Part shown: in pieces, positions 24,913 to 35,784 of the stretch
Layout: each line of letters starts with the position of its first letter
How positions within the stretch are numbered: the stretch's first letter is position 1
Assembly: GCA_907165135.1 (NCBI GenBank)
Contig: OU015570.1
Location: 2,687,929-2,751,928, forward strand
Length of the DNA: 64,000 nt
Reading direction: 5' to 3'
DNA from: Oikopleura dioica
Lineage: Eukaryota > Animalia > Chordata
Program-made: the position numbers and the translations under genes
Notes under the pieces: generated by a model
What the model was told of the DNA's origin: nothing
The model's input: the letters and a program-made list of their open reading frames with translations, nothing else
Databases searched by the model: none

Positions 24913-26708
24913 AACTAGGTATAACTAACCTTAGGTATAACTAGGGACTATCACGGGAGCGCGAGGGCCCAATTTTCGCTTTCCCAACTACCCGAAATAG
25001 CCATTCATTTTTCTTGATTTTTCCGACAATACCGATCAGATCTGGCAAATGCGGCGGTGAGGATGACGTGTCCTTGGATTTAACCAATGAGAGCCAGTCC
25101 TCGCTCGCTCGATCTGAGAGGGCTTCAGATCCAGATTTGCGGCCGCCGCAGCTACCAAATCTGATCGGTATATGTTTTCTTACCTGCTGATTTCAAATAT
25201 GATTGAAAAATTGGCAAAAAAATATTGAATATTATGAATAATATCGAATTTATCTTTCAAAGATCGAAAAAGTATAGAGCTCGTCTTGCCTCGTCATTCT
25301 TATTTCGATATGTTCTCTATGAGACCCTTCTCTTTAATCTCTCAAAAAATAAATTTACTTGGTTCTACCAGTCGGCCACAATCATCAGATAAGTAAGCAA
25401 AAGTGACGGCGCGCTAGTGCTTTACACGCTGCGCGGGGAGCCCGAAAAGCATTAGCGCGCGCCATAATCTCAGTGGGTGCTTGTTTTGACCCAGTACACG
25501 GAATCAGATGCAAACAATACCGGGTGATTAACACAAAAAAGTTCCCGGAAGTCCTAAGCTTCATGTTTGCAAAGAAATTTTCGAAAAATAATAAGCAAGT
25601 GACCCAGAAAACTCGGGTGAAAAATCGGTCAGCTTTAAGAGTAGTCTTAAGTTTGTCTTCCGCAGCATTTTCCGATCAAAAAGATTTTGGTATCATCAGA
25701 ATCAGCTGAAAAATCCATACTTATAAGGAAATTTTTATGAAAATCGAAGGGCAGTCGTTTTCCCGTGAAAGTCCCTAGGCATAACGCACAAAAAATCGAC
25801 TTTTTATCTAAAAGTCGTAGGAAGCTGATTTTCACGTATCATATAGATTTTTGTGCTCTGATAACATTTTAAATAAAAAAATTTCAAAATTTTCAAATTA
25901 AGTACTTTTGAAGTACCCCAAAGTTGCCAAAAAATTGATTTTTCGAGCAATCCAAGCTACGGGGTTCTAAGTATGCTCATTCGAAAGAGCGGAAAAAACT
26001 GAGTCAGAATCATCAATAAAAAGGGGTTCCTGGGTGGGTTCTCTGGATTCTAGGGATGAAAAACCCAAAAAATGATGACTCATCATTGATTCCGAAAACC
26101 GGTATTTCTGAAATATACATTGATTCACGCTAGACATATATACTTTTTACCAACTCTGGGCTCGACGTAAAAAATGTCGAGGATTTCGATCACGTGTTTC
26201 AAATTTTGTAGTAAATTCATCTTCGGGTCATTTGAGGTTATCAAAGTTCCAAACTAAAAATTTTAAACAGATTACCTAAAACCATAAAAAAGCTAAAAAT
26301 CTGGATAATATAAATTTTAACATCAGATGGAGGTGGGTTGGGTTGTAGACGTGACTGAGAATGATCAACTCAGATTTTTCAGCCTTTGTCAAGCCCCTTA
26401 AATTCAAAAATCAAGGGGCGGAGCTGAGACGGATGGGTACTTCCGGTCTAGAATTCTTGAATTTCCGGCGAAAATCAATATTCAAGAAGAAAAATCTGGG
26501 TCAAAACTTGAAATATTTTTTTCTCTGAAAATGAATTCTGACTAATTCGAGTATGCAGAATCCATTTTTGACAGTCAAATTTCGTCTATATAAGCCAAAA
26601 GAAGACCCAATTTTTTGCAAGGAAACCCTAGGTATGCCGGCGAAAGTCGAACTCGGAGTCCTTTTTCTTCTGCGAATTCTCTGACTGCTTTGAAGTTCAA
26701 GTTCAAAG

Positions 26709-26752
26709 TTTGAACTCTCCTCCATTATCCATGAGGATCTCTCTCGGTAAGT
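26709..26752 (-). pseudogene. pol: continuation of the target element's integrase across the giant insertion (also at 31986-32029)
   Basis: Joining across the TAAGT TSD gives ...WLRNPHLPREILMDNGGEFK. Confidence 0.9.
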
Positions 26753-26821
26753 TGTAAGGCCGAAAAGTCCTTACTAGTAGTGTAGCAAAACGGTGGTGAC
26801 CATTTCTGACCATTTCCGACC

Positions 26822-26944
26822 ACTTCCGGTCACTTCCGGTTCACTTCCGGTTCACTTACAAGTGTTTCCAATCACTTCCGGTCACTTCCGGTTCATTTCC
26901 GGTTCACTTCCGGTCACTTCCGGTCACTTCCGGTTCACTTCCGG
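26822..26944. promoter_or_regulatory. array of nine ACTTCCGG (ETS-type CCGGAAGT) sites in U3
   Basis: Counted directly; repeated in the other two LTR copies (several sites mutated in the 3' LTR). Confidence 0.6.
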
Positions 26945-27038
26945 TTGACCTCCAGTTGACCTCCAGCTCACTACTGAAAGGATAGATCCATTATAAAACA
27001 CCACAAGAGTAAGCCAAAGTGAGTGCTCACTGAGAACA

Positions 27039-27123
27039 GCGCCACCTGGCGTGGGCTCTCGCGCCCCACCTAGTGTCGGCTCTCGAGTGCCACCTAGTGG
27101 TGGCTCTTTGGCGCCACCTATGG
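27039..27123. promoter_or_regulatory. cluster of CTCF-consensus-like motifs in U3
   Basis: GTGCCACCTAGTGG (reverse complement CCACTAGGTGGCAC) plus variants GCGCCACCTGG and GCGCCACCTATGG. Confidence 0.55.
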
Positions 27124-28123
27124 TGAGCACAAAAGCCTTGGTTACTCTATATTTGGCCATAGTTACACCTTATGAGTCAATGACTCACTCCTGACGCATG
27201 GATTACATCATCTGAAGATACTCCTCGAAGCTTCTAGCGACAATGAATCACAATGACGAACTATGACATCATCTTGGAGAATCTACACGAATATTCCATT
27301 GCTGTTCTAAGAAGCCTCAAGATTATTCTATCCCTGTTCTAAGAAGCTTCTTGAACATTCTTATTTTCCCTTTCTGACTATATAAGCGCTGTGTCTTTCT
27401 GAATAAAATCACTTCTTAACTGAAACCCAAAAAACAACTTTACTCTCTTTTATCCAGCAACAACAACAGCAACAACAACAGCAACAACAACAGCAGCAGC
27501 AACAACACCAGCAGCAGCAACGACAACGGCCGCTGAGCAATCAGTGGTAACAAGTACTCTCACGGGTACTTGCGAACTCAGGTCTACGCTTTAGTAGAGC
27601 TGTTTAGAGTCTTGAATCTTGTAGTCGTAGTGTATTGTCTATTTAGTCGTACACGCATAGACCCAAGTATAAAAAACCAGAGAAGGAATTTGACTAGCGT
27701 CAGGAGACCAGTAAAAGGGTACTTTGTGCCCCGTCATTGGTGACTGAAGTTATCGATTCCACGAGAATAGATCAGACACGGTAGCTAACACAATACTCGC
27801 GTAGTCGCCATTCTGGAGTGGCTACGTCAAGGTCTGCGCTGATCTATATCGGACTCCGTAAGAATCTTTTTTGATTCGGTTCTCGGCGTAAGGGTTTTTT
27901 ACCTAGCGGGGAATAAAAAGATCCGTCTACGGCATATAGACGAAAAACTACCCGAACGCAGCCTAGCGTATAGGCGATTTCCCGTGGCAACGTCCACATT
28001 CCCCAGTAATACCCGGATAGGGTTTAGATAACGCATTAGCATTTGCATTAGCAGTAGCATTAACAAGTAGTCGTTCATTTTTGAGGAAGAAACAACCAAA
28101 TCTTCATACTTAAAAAGGTAAGC

Positions 28124-29925
28124 ATGACACTTGATAGTACTTTAACCAAGGAATCCGGCTTTGATGATTTCTTTTCTCAAATCGGAGACTTCGATTCAAA
28201 TGATTTCTCAATTATATATCTTCACGCAAAGAAACCGATAAGAGCTTCGGTAGTAAAGGAAGTAACTTTAGACAGTAATCTCCTTTACAGAAGGTCGGCT
28301 AAAGAGGAAGAGGCCTTAGCAGCCATAAACAGAATAGGTGAAGTTTTTCCAGCAGTGATTCTTGAAGTTGCCAATAGTAAAGAGAAAACCATTAAATACC
28401 ATGTTGTCCCAGTTGGTAGCATTTTACCAAAAGGTAGTAAAACCAATATTTACTACTGGACTCCATTGTGCAACAAGATCACTAAGAATCGAGATAGTTT
28501 ACGAGAGGTTATTAATACAGTAAGAGCGGATGAAAGAATTCAATGTCGGAACTTTCCAAGCTCCGTTAATAAAAGGATTAATGATGTGATACAATCGAAA
28601 ACAAATATGTTCCTTGTCGAAGATAGGAAAATTCGAAAAGAACTTCCCAAAGCAGTAAATGATGAGGATACTTTTTCGATTGCAGAGACAGTTGATTCTG
28701 ATTGCTCTCAGTCGCAGATGAATGAACATGAGGAAGCTTCGAACATAAAACTTGAGCAAGAGTATCACGACGATCAATTTTCCGATGTTAGCTCGGTTAA
28801 GGATCAGCATTTTCAGCAAGAGTCTGGTTTTAATCAGGACCATCAGAGTCAAGATAATACACCGAATGATTCGAAAGAACATTCCCAGGAAGAGAAAACA
28901 TCTGATCCAAAACAACCTCGAGTTGAAGTTCACCACATAAATACGCTCTCTTCAAACCATAAAATAAAACTCTCAATGTTCAAGGAAACTGATAATTGCG
29001 AAGCATGGGTAAGAAAATGTGAATTTATCATCAACTTGGGAGGGGTAAAAAATGCATTCAAGAAGATAAGTCACATGTGTAGCCACCTCCCAGAGCCCAT
29101 TCAAGAAACAGTTATCCTTGAGCTTGCTGAACTTGAGGAAAACCAGATCACCATCCAAGAATTCATCAAAACTCTGAACAAAGCTTGCAGAAAGAATGAA
29201 TTCCAGTATGAAACCCTCTTTACCAAACTCAAATACAATGAGGAAGAGCATTTGAATTTGAGAAACTTCTACTACCGAGTAAAACAGCTGGTAAAGCAGA
29301 CCATCGGTGAAGGATGTGATAAAATGGTTGAGAAAGTGGCTTTTAAAGAATTTTTGAACAAATTGCCGCAGAAAATCCAAAAATCGGAATTCCTCCTTGA
29401 ATACCGAAAGGAAAAAACAAATCTCATGGACATTGTTGATAAATGCGAAGAACTGTATGAAAAATTTCGAAAAGGTGACTATACTGAAGTCAATGGTATG
29501 TCACACCACAAAAGGGGCTCGAAAAAGCCAAGTCAAAAGTTTTCGAGAGGTTTCAAAAACCATCGAAACCTTCCCTGAATAATTTCGAAAAGAAACTCAC
29601 CTGCTACTTTTGTGGCAAACAAGGTCATCGAAAATCTGAGTGCCGAGCACTCAAGGCAGAGAAAAGGAAATACAGTCCTACCCAGACATAGAAAAAGACA
29701 GTAGAGTGTCATAACTGCGGTAAAATCGGTCATTACGCTTCGGAATGCCGATCCAAGCGTACTTTTAACCCAAAATACAAAAAACCAGGATTTAAGAAAC
29801 CTGAATACTCAAAAACCAACAAAAGCATGGAGTGCTACAATTGTGGCAAGAAAGGTCACAGAGCATCTCAATGCTGGGCGAAAAAACGAGACAGTAGAGG
29901 GTCTTCTAAACCCACTAGAAAATTA
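28124..29925 (+). pseudogene. gag: gag, duplicated copy, frameshifted at ~29560
   Basis: Identical to 33979-35784 except one A missing in the run before the first CCHC. Confidence 0.9.
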
Positions 29926-30572
29926 TGAATCCAGTGATAACCATCAAACTCAAACAGTATGACCCTAACGGGCACATACGAATCCTTACCCTTCCATTTT
30001 GCCTTCTTGATTCGGGTGCATCTTCTTCATATATAACGAGAGATATACTGCCTCCTGAAATGAATATCAAAAAGCTTGAAAATCCACAATATGTGAGCAA
30101 TGCATTTGGAAAGAGAATTTCATCTATTGAAGAAATTCTTATAGCTAACCTTGCAATCGAAGAAGACGATATTGAAATTTCAAAAGTCAAGTTTCATCTT
30201 GTAACAAAAAAGATGAAATACAAAGCTATTATCGGAATGAACATCATTTCCCACTTTAAAGTTGACTTCCGAAATGATGAAATAAAATTGCTCAATAATC
30301 TCTTGAGTAACGGAAGCAAAAACGAGGTATCAACTATCTTGTTTGAATCAGAAGAAAACTCGGTTGAGTATGATGTGTTATCCAACGAATATATAAGTGT
30401 TTCACCTCACAGTAATAGAACACTGTATGTTCGACTTTTTGGCAAAAAATGGCCATCTGACAAAATGACATTTTTTCCCGATGAAAGATTCACCGAAAAT
30501 GATATTTTTGTCCATGAATACAAAATTTTTTCAAACTTCCGAATAGTTGAGATACAAAACAGATCTCACTCT
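29925..30572 (+). pseudogene. pol: truncated pol (protease only), ends at the duplication junction
   Basis: LLDSGASSSYI; identity to 35781-36428 stops at 30572. Confidence 0.92.
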
Positions 30573-32029
30573 AGAATAATTAATTACATTAATTTAAGAG
30601 TGAGAATAATATTCTCACTCTTAGAATAAATTTACTTGGTTCTACCAGTCGGCCACAATCATCAGATAAGTAAGCAAAAGTGACGGCGCGCTAGTGCTTT
30701 ACACGCTGCGCGGGGAGCCCGAAAAGCATTAGCGCGCGCCATAATCTCAGTGGGTGCTTGTTTTGACCCAGTACACGGAATCAGATGCAAACAATACCGG
30801 GTGATTAACACAAAAAAGTTCCCGGAAGTCCTAAGCTTCATGTTTGCAAAGAAATTTTCGAAAAATAATAAGCAAGTGACCCAGAAAACTCGGGTGAAAA
30901 ATCGGTCAGCTTTAAGAGTAGTCTTAAGTTTGTCTTCCGCAGCATTTTCCGATCAAAAAGATTTTGGTATCATCAGAATCAGCTGAAAAATCCATACTTA
31001 TAAGGAAATTTTTATGAAAATCGAAGGGCAGTCGTTTTCCCGTGAAAGTCCCTAGGCATAACGCACAAAAAATCGACTTTTTATCTAAAAGTCGTAGGAA
31101 GCTGATTTTCACGTATCATATAGATTTTTGTGCTCTGATAACATTTTAAATAAAAAAATTTCAAAATTTTCAAATTAAGTACTTTTGAAGTACCCCAAAG
31201 TTGCCAAAAAATTGATTTTTCGAGCAATCCAAGCTACGGGGTTCTAAGTATGCTCATTCGAAAGAGCGGAAAAAACTGAGTCAGAATCATCAATAAAAAG
31301 GGGTTCCTGGGTGGGTTCTCTGGATTCTAGGGATGAAAAACCCAAAAAATGATGACTCATCATTGATTCCGAAAACCGGTATTTCTGAAATATACATTGA
31401 TTCACGCTAGACATATATACTTTTTACCAACTCTGGGCTCGACGTAAAAAATGTCGAGGATTTCGATCACGTGTTTCAAATTTTGTAGTAAATTCATCTT
31501 CGGGTCATTTGAGGTTATCAAAGTTCCAAACTAAAAATTTTAAACAGATTACCTAAAACCATAAAAAAGCTAAAAATCTGGATAATATAAATTTTAACAT
31601 CAGATGGAGGTGGGTTGGGTTGTAGACGTGACTGAGAATGATCAACTCAGATTTTTCAGCCTTTGTCAAGCCCCTTAAATTCAAAAATCAAGGGGCGGAG
31701 CTGAGACGGATGGGTACTTCCGGTCTAGAATTCTTGAATTTCCGGCGAAAATCAATATTCAAGAAGAAAAATCTGGGTCAAAACTTGAAATATTTTTTTC
31801 TCTGAAAATGAATTCTGACTAATTCGAGTATGCAGAATCCATTTTTGACAGTCAAATTTCGTCTATATAAGCCAAAAGAAGACCCAATTTTTTGCAAGGA
31901 AACCCTAGGTATGCCGGCGAAAGTCGAACTCGGAGTCCTTTTTCTTCTGCGAATTCTCTGACTGCTTTGAAGTTCAAGTTCAAAGTTTGAACTCTCCTCC
32001 ATTATCCATGAGGATCTCTCTCGGTAAGT

Positions 32030-33591
32030 TGTAAGGCCGAAAAGTCCTTACTAGTAGTGTAGCAAAACGGTGGTGACCATTTCTGACCATTTCCGACCAC
32101 TTCCGGTCACTTCCGGTTCACTTCCGGTTCACTTACAAGTGTTTCCAATCACTTCCGGTCACTTCCGGTTCATTTCCGGTTCACTTCCGGTCACTTCCGG
32201 TCACTTCCGGTTCACTTCCGGTTGACCTCCAGTTGACCTCCAGCTCACTACTGAAAGGATAGATCCATTATAAAACACCACAAGAGTAAGCCAAAGTGAG
32301 TGCTAGGGTTCCGCACGATCGGAGGACTCAAATTTCAAAAACCAAATTAAACTATAACAAATTTTTAAGTTTTGAATGGGATAGAGGTTTTCGACTATGG
32401 CGAAGAAAATGACGATACTTATATTCTGATAACTCTATAAATTCGCCGATTTATCTCGGTTTTTCCGGTATATTTCTGTCGCCCATGTTCAGTCGCCCTC
32501 CCATTGAAAAGAACACCAAAAAATAGTAGTTTTTGTTTTTAAATGAAATTATAACTCAGCGAACTTTTTGTGGGCTGATCAATTAAAGTTTTCATAAGCA
32601 TTAACATTTTCATTTCCCGCGCGCTGATTGGTCGAATTTCTGACTGTGTTGTTCAGATGGAAGAATCTTCAGTCTAGAAAAAGTGCCTTGCGCAGCTGAC
32701 CAATCAGAGCGCATATGCTAATTAAACTTTGTGTTTTTAAATAGCTTTAAAATGAAAGAAGAAATGGCTTTTAGGAGAAACTAGGATCAGAAATGGATTC
32801 TACTAGTCACTTTTAGTAGAATTTAAAAATTTTGGTAAATTTAAAGTCTCTGTCCCAATCGTGCGGAACCCTAGTGAGTGCTCACTGAGAACAGCGCCAC
32901 CTGGCGTGGGCTCTCGCGCCCCACCTAGTGTCGGCTCTCGAGTGCCACCTAGTGGTGGCTCTTTGGCGCCACCTATGGTGAGCACAAAAGCCTTGGTTAC
33001 TCTATATTTGGCCATAGTTACACCTTATGAGTCAATGACTCACTCCTGACGCATGGATTACATCATCTGAAGATACTCCTCGAAGCTTCTAGCGACAATG
33101 AATCACAATGACGAACTATGACATCATCTTGGAGAATCTACACGAATATTCCATTGCTGTTCTAAGAAGCCTCAAGATTATTCTATCCCTGTTCTAAGAA
33201 GCTTCTTGAACATTCTTATTTTCCCTTTCTGACTATATAAGCGCTGTGTCTTTCTGAATAAAATCACTTCTTAACTGAAACCCAAAAAACAACTTTACTC
33301 TCTTTTATCCAGCAACAACAACAGCAACAACAACAGCAACAACAACAGCAGCAGCAACAACACCAGCAGCAGCAACGACAACGGCCGCTGAGCAATCAGT
33401 GGTAACAAGTACTCTCACGGGTACTTGCGAACTCAGGTCTACGCTTTAGTAGAGCTGTTTAGAGTCTTGAATCTTGTAGTCGTAGTGTATTGTCTATTTA
33501 GTCGTACACGCATAGACCCAAGTATAAAAAACCAGAGAAGGAATTTGACTAGCGTCAGGAGACCAGTAAAAGGGTACTTTGTGCCCCGTCA
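32030..33591 (+). repeat. 5' LTR carrying a hAT MITE
   Basis: 984 bp LTR + 570 bp insertion + 8 bp TSD; PBS at 33592-33604. Confidence 0.97.
32304..32873. mobile_element. hAT-like MITE (570 bp)
   Basis: 16-bp perfect TIR TAGGGTTCCGCACGAT; 8-bp TSD GTGAGTGC; absent from the two other LTR copies. Confidence 0.95.
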
Positions 33592-33978
33592 TTGGTGACT
33601 GAAGTTATCGATTCCACGAGAATAGATCAGACACGGTAGCTAACACAATACTCGCGTAGTCGCCATTCTGGAGTGGCTACGTCAAGGTCTGCGCTGATCT
33701 ATATCGGACTCCGTAAGAATCTTTTTTGATTCGGTTCTCGGCGTAAGGGTTTTTTACCTAGCGGGGAATAAAAAGATCCGTCTACGGCATATAGACGAAA
33801 AACTACCCGAACGCAGCCTAGCGTATAGGCGATTTCCCGTGGCAACGTCCACATTCCCCAGTAATACCCGGATAGGGTTTAGATAACGCATTAGCATTTG
33901 CATTAGCAGTAGCATTAACAAGTAGTCGTTCATTTTTGAGGAAGAAACAACCAAATCTTCATACTTAAAAAGGTAAGC

Positions 33979-35784
33979 ATGACACTTGATAGTACTTTAA
34001 CCAAGGAATCCGGCTTTGATGATTTCTTTTCTCAAATCGGAGACTTCGATTCAAATGATTTCTCAATTATATATCTTCACGCAAAGAAACCGATAAGAGC
34101 TTCGGTAGTAAAGGAAGTAACTTTAGACAGTAATCTCCTTTACAGAAGGTCGGCTAAAGAGGAAGAGGCCTTAGCAGCCATAAACAGAATAGGTGAAGTT
34201 TTTCCAGCAGTGATTCTTGAAGTTGCCAATAGTAAAGAGAAAACCATTAAATACCATGTTGTCCCAGTTGGTAGCATTTTACCAAAAGGTAGTAAAACCA
34301 ATATTTACTACTGGACTCCATTGTGCAACAAGATCACTAAGAATCGAGATAGTTTACGAGAGGTTATTAATACAGTAAGAGCGGATGAAAGAATTCAATG
34401 TCGGAACTTTCCAAGCTCCGTTAATAAAAGGATTAATGATGTGATACAATCGAAAACAAATATGTTCCTTGTCGAAGATAGGAAAATTCGAAAAGAACTT
34501 CCCAAAGCAGTAAATGATGAGGATACTTTTTCGATTGCAGAGACAGTTGATTCTGATTGCTCTCAGTCGCAGATGAATGAACATGAGGAAGCTTCGAACA
34601 TAAAACTTGAGCAAGAGTATCACGACGATCAATTTTCCGATGTTAGCTCGGTTAAGGATCAGCATTTTCAGCAAGAGTCTGGTTTTAATCAGGACCATCA
34701 GAGTCAAGATAATACACCGAATGATTCGAAAGAACATTCCCAGGAAGAGAAAACATCTGATCCAAAACAACCTCGAGTTGAAGTTCACCACATAAATACG
34801 CTCTCTTCAAACCATAAAATAAAACTCTCAATGTTCAAGGAAACTGATAATTGCGAAGCATGGGTAAGAAAATGTGAATTTATCATCAACTTGGGAGGGG
34901 TAAAAAATGCATTCAAGAAGATAAGTCACATGTGTAGCCACCTCCCAGAGCCCATTCAAGAAACAGTTATCCTTGAGCTTGCTGAACTTGAGGAAAACCA
35001 GATCACCATCCAAGAATTCATCAAAACTCTGAACAAAGCTTGCAGAAAGAATGAATTCCAGTATGAAACCCTCTTTACCAAACTCAAATACAATGAGGAA
35101 GAGCATTTGAATTTGAGAAACTTCTACTACCGAGTAAAACAGCTGGTAAAGCAGACCATCGGTGAAGGATGTGATAAAATGGTTGAGAAAGTGGCTTTTA
35201 AAGAATTTTTGAACAAATTGCCGCAGAAAATCCAAAAATCGGAATTCCTCCTTGAATACCGAAAGGAAAAAACAAATCTCATGGACATTGTTGATAAATG
35301 CGAAGAACTGTATGAAAAATTTCGAAAAGGTGACTATACTGAAGTCAATGGTATGTCACACCACAAAAGGGGCTCGAAAAAGCCAAGTCAAAAGTTTTCG
35401 AGAGGTTTCAAAAAACCATCGAAACCTTCCCTGAATAATTTCGAAAAGAAACTCACCTGCTACTTTTGTGGCAAACAAGGTCATCGAAAATCTGAGTGCC
35501 GAGCACTCAAGGCAGAGAAAAGGAAATACAGTCCTACCCAGACATAGAAAAAGACAGTAGAGTGTCATAACTGCGGTAAAATCGGTCATTACGCTTCGGA
35601 ATGCCGATCCAAGCGTACTTTTAACCCAAAATACAAAAAACCAGGATTTAAGAAACCTGAATACTCAAAAACCAACAAAAGCATGGAGTGCTACAATTGT
35701 GGCAAGAAAGGTCACAGAGCATCTCAATGCTGGGCGAAAAAACGAGACAGTAGAGGGTCTTCTAAACCCACTAGAAAATTATGA
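33979..35784 (+). CDS. gag: Gag with three CCHC zinc knuckles; in-frame TAG at 35545-35547 after the first
   Basis: CYFCGKQGHRKSEC, then in the same frame CHNCGKIGHYASEC and CYNCGKKGHRASQC up to TGA 35782-35784. Confidence 0.9.

Larger units (their letters stand above)
26753..27736 (+). repeat. 5' LTR, duplicated copy (984 bp)
   Basis: TG...CA; TAAGT upstream; TATATAA 27379, AATAAA 27402, CAA/CAG microsatellite; followed by PBS TTGGTGACTGAAG. Confidence 0.97.
25348..30572 (+). repeat. first copy of a 5.2-kb tandem duplication (flank + 5' LTR + gag + protease part); second copy 30625-36428
   Basis: Near identical by eye: 2 substitutions, a 1-nt indel in an A run and a 578-bp MITE insertion; 52-nt junction insert. 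Confidence 0.97.

Noticed and set aside
27455-27527. Poly-glutamine coding tract
   Set aside because: Lies inside the LTR downstream of TATA/AATAAA with no supported ORF; treated as a microsatellite
28499-29380. Minus-strand ORFs of 135-145 aa over gag (and copies at 34354-35235)
   Set aside because: Antisense shadows of gag with no independent signals
35770-35784. -1 ribosomal frameshift signal at gag/pol
   Set aside because: No XXXYYYZ heptamer, and the pol frame is closed 9 nt upstream of its ATG
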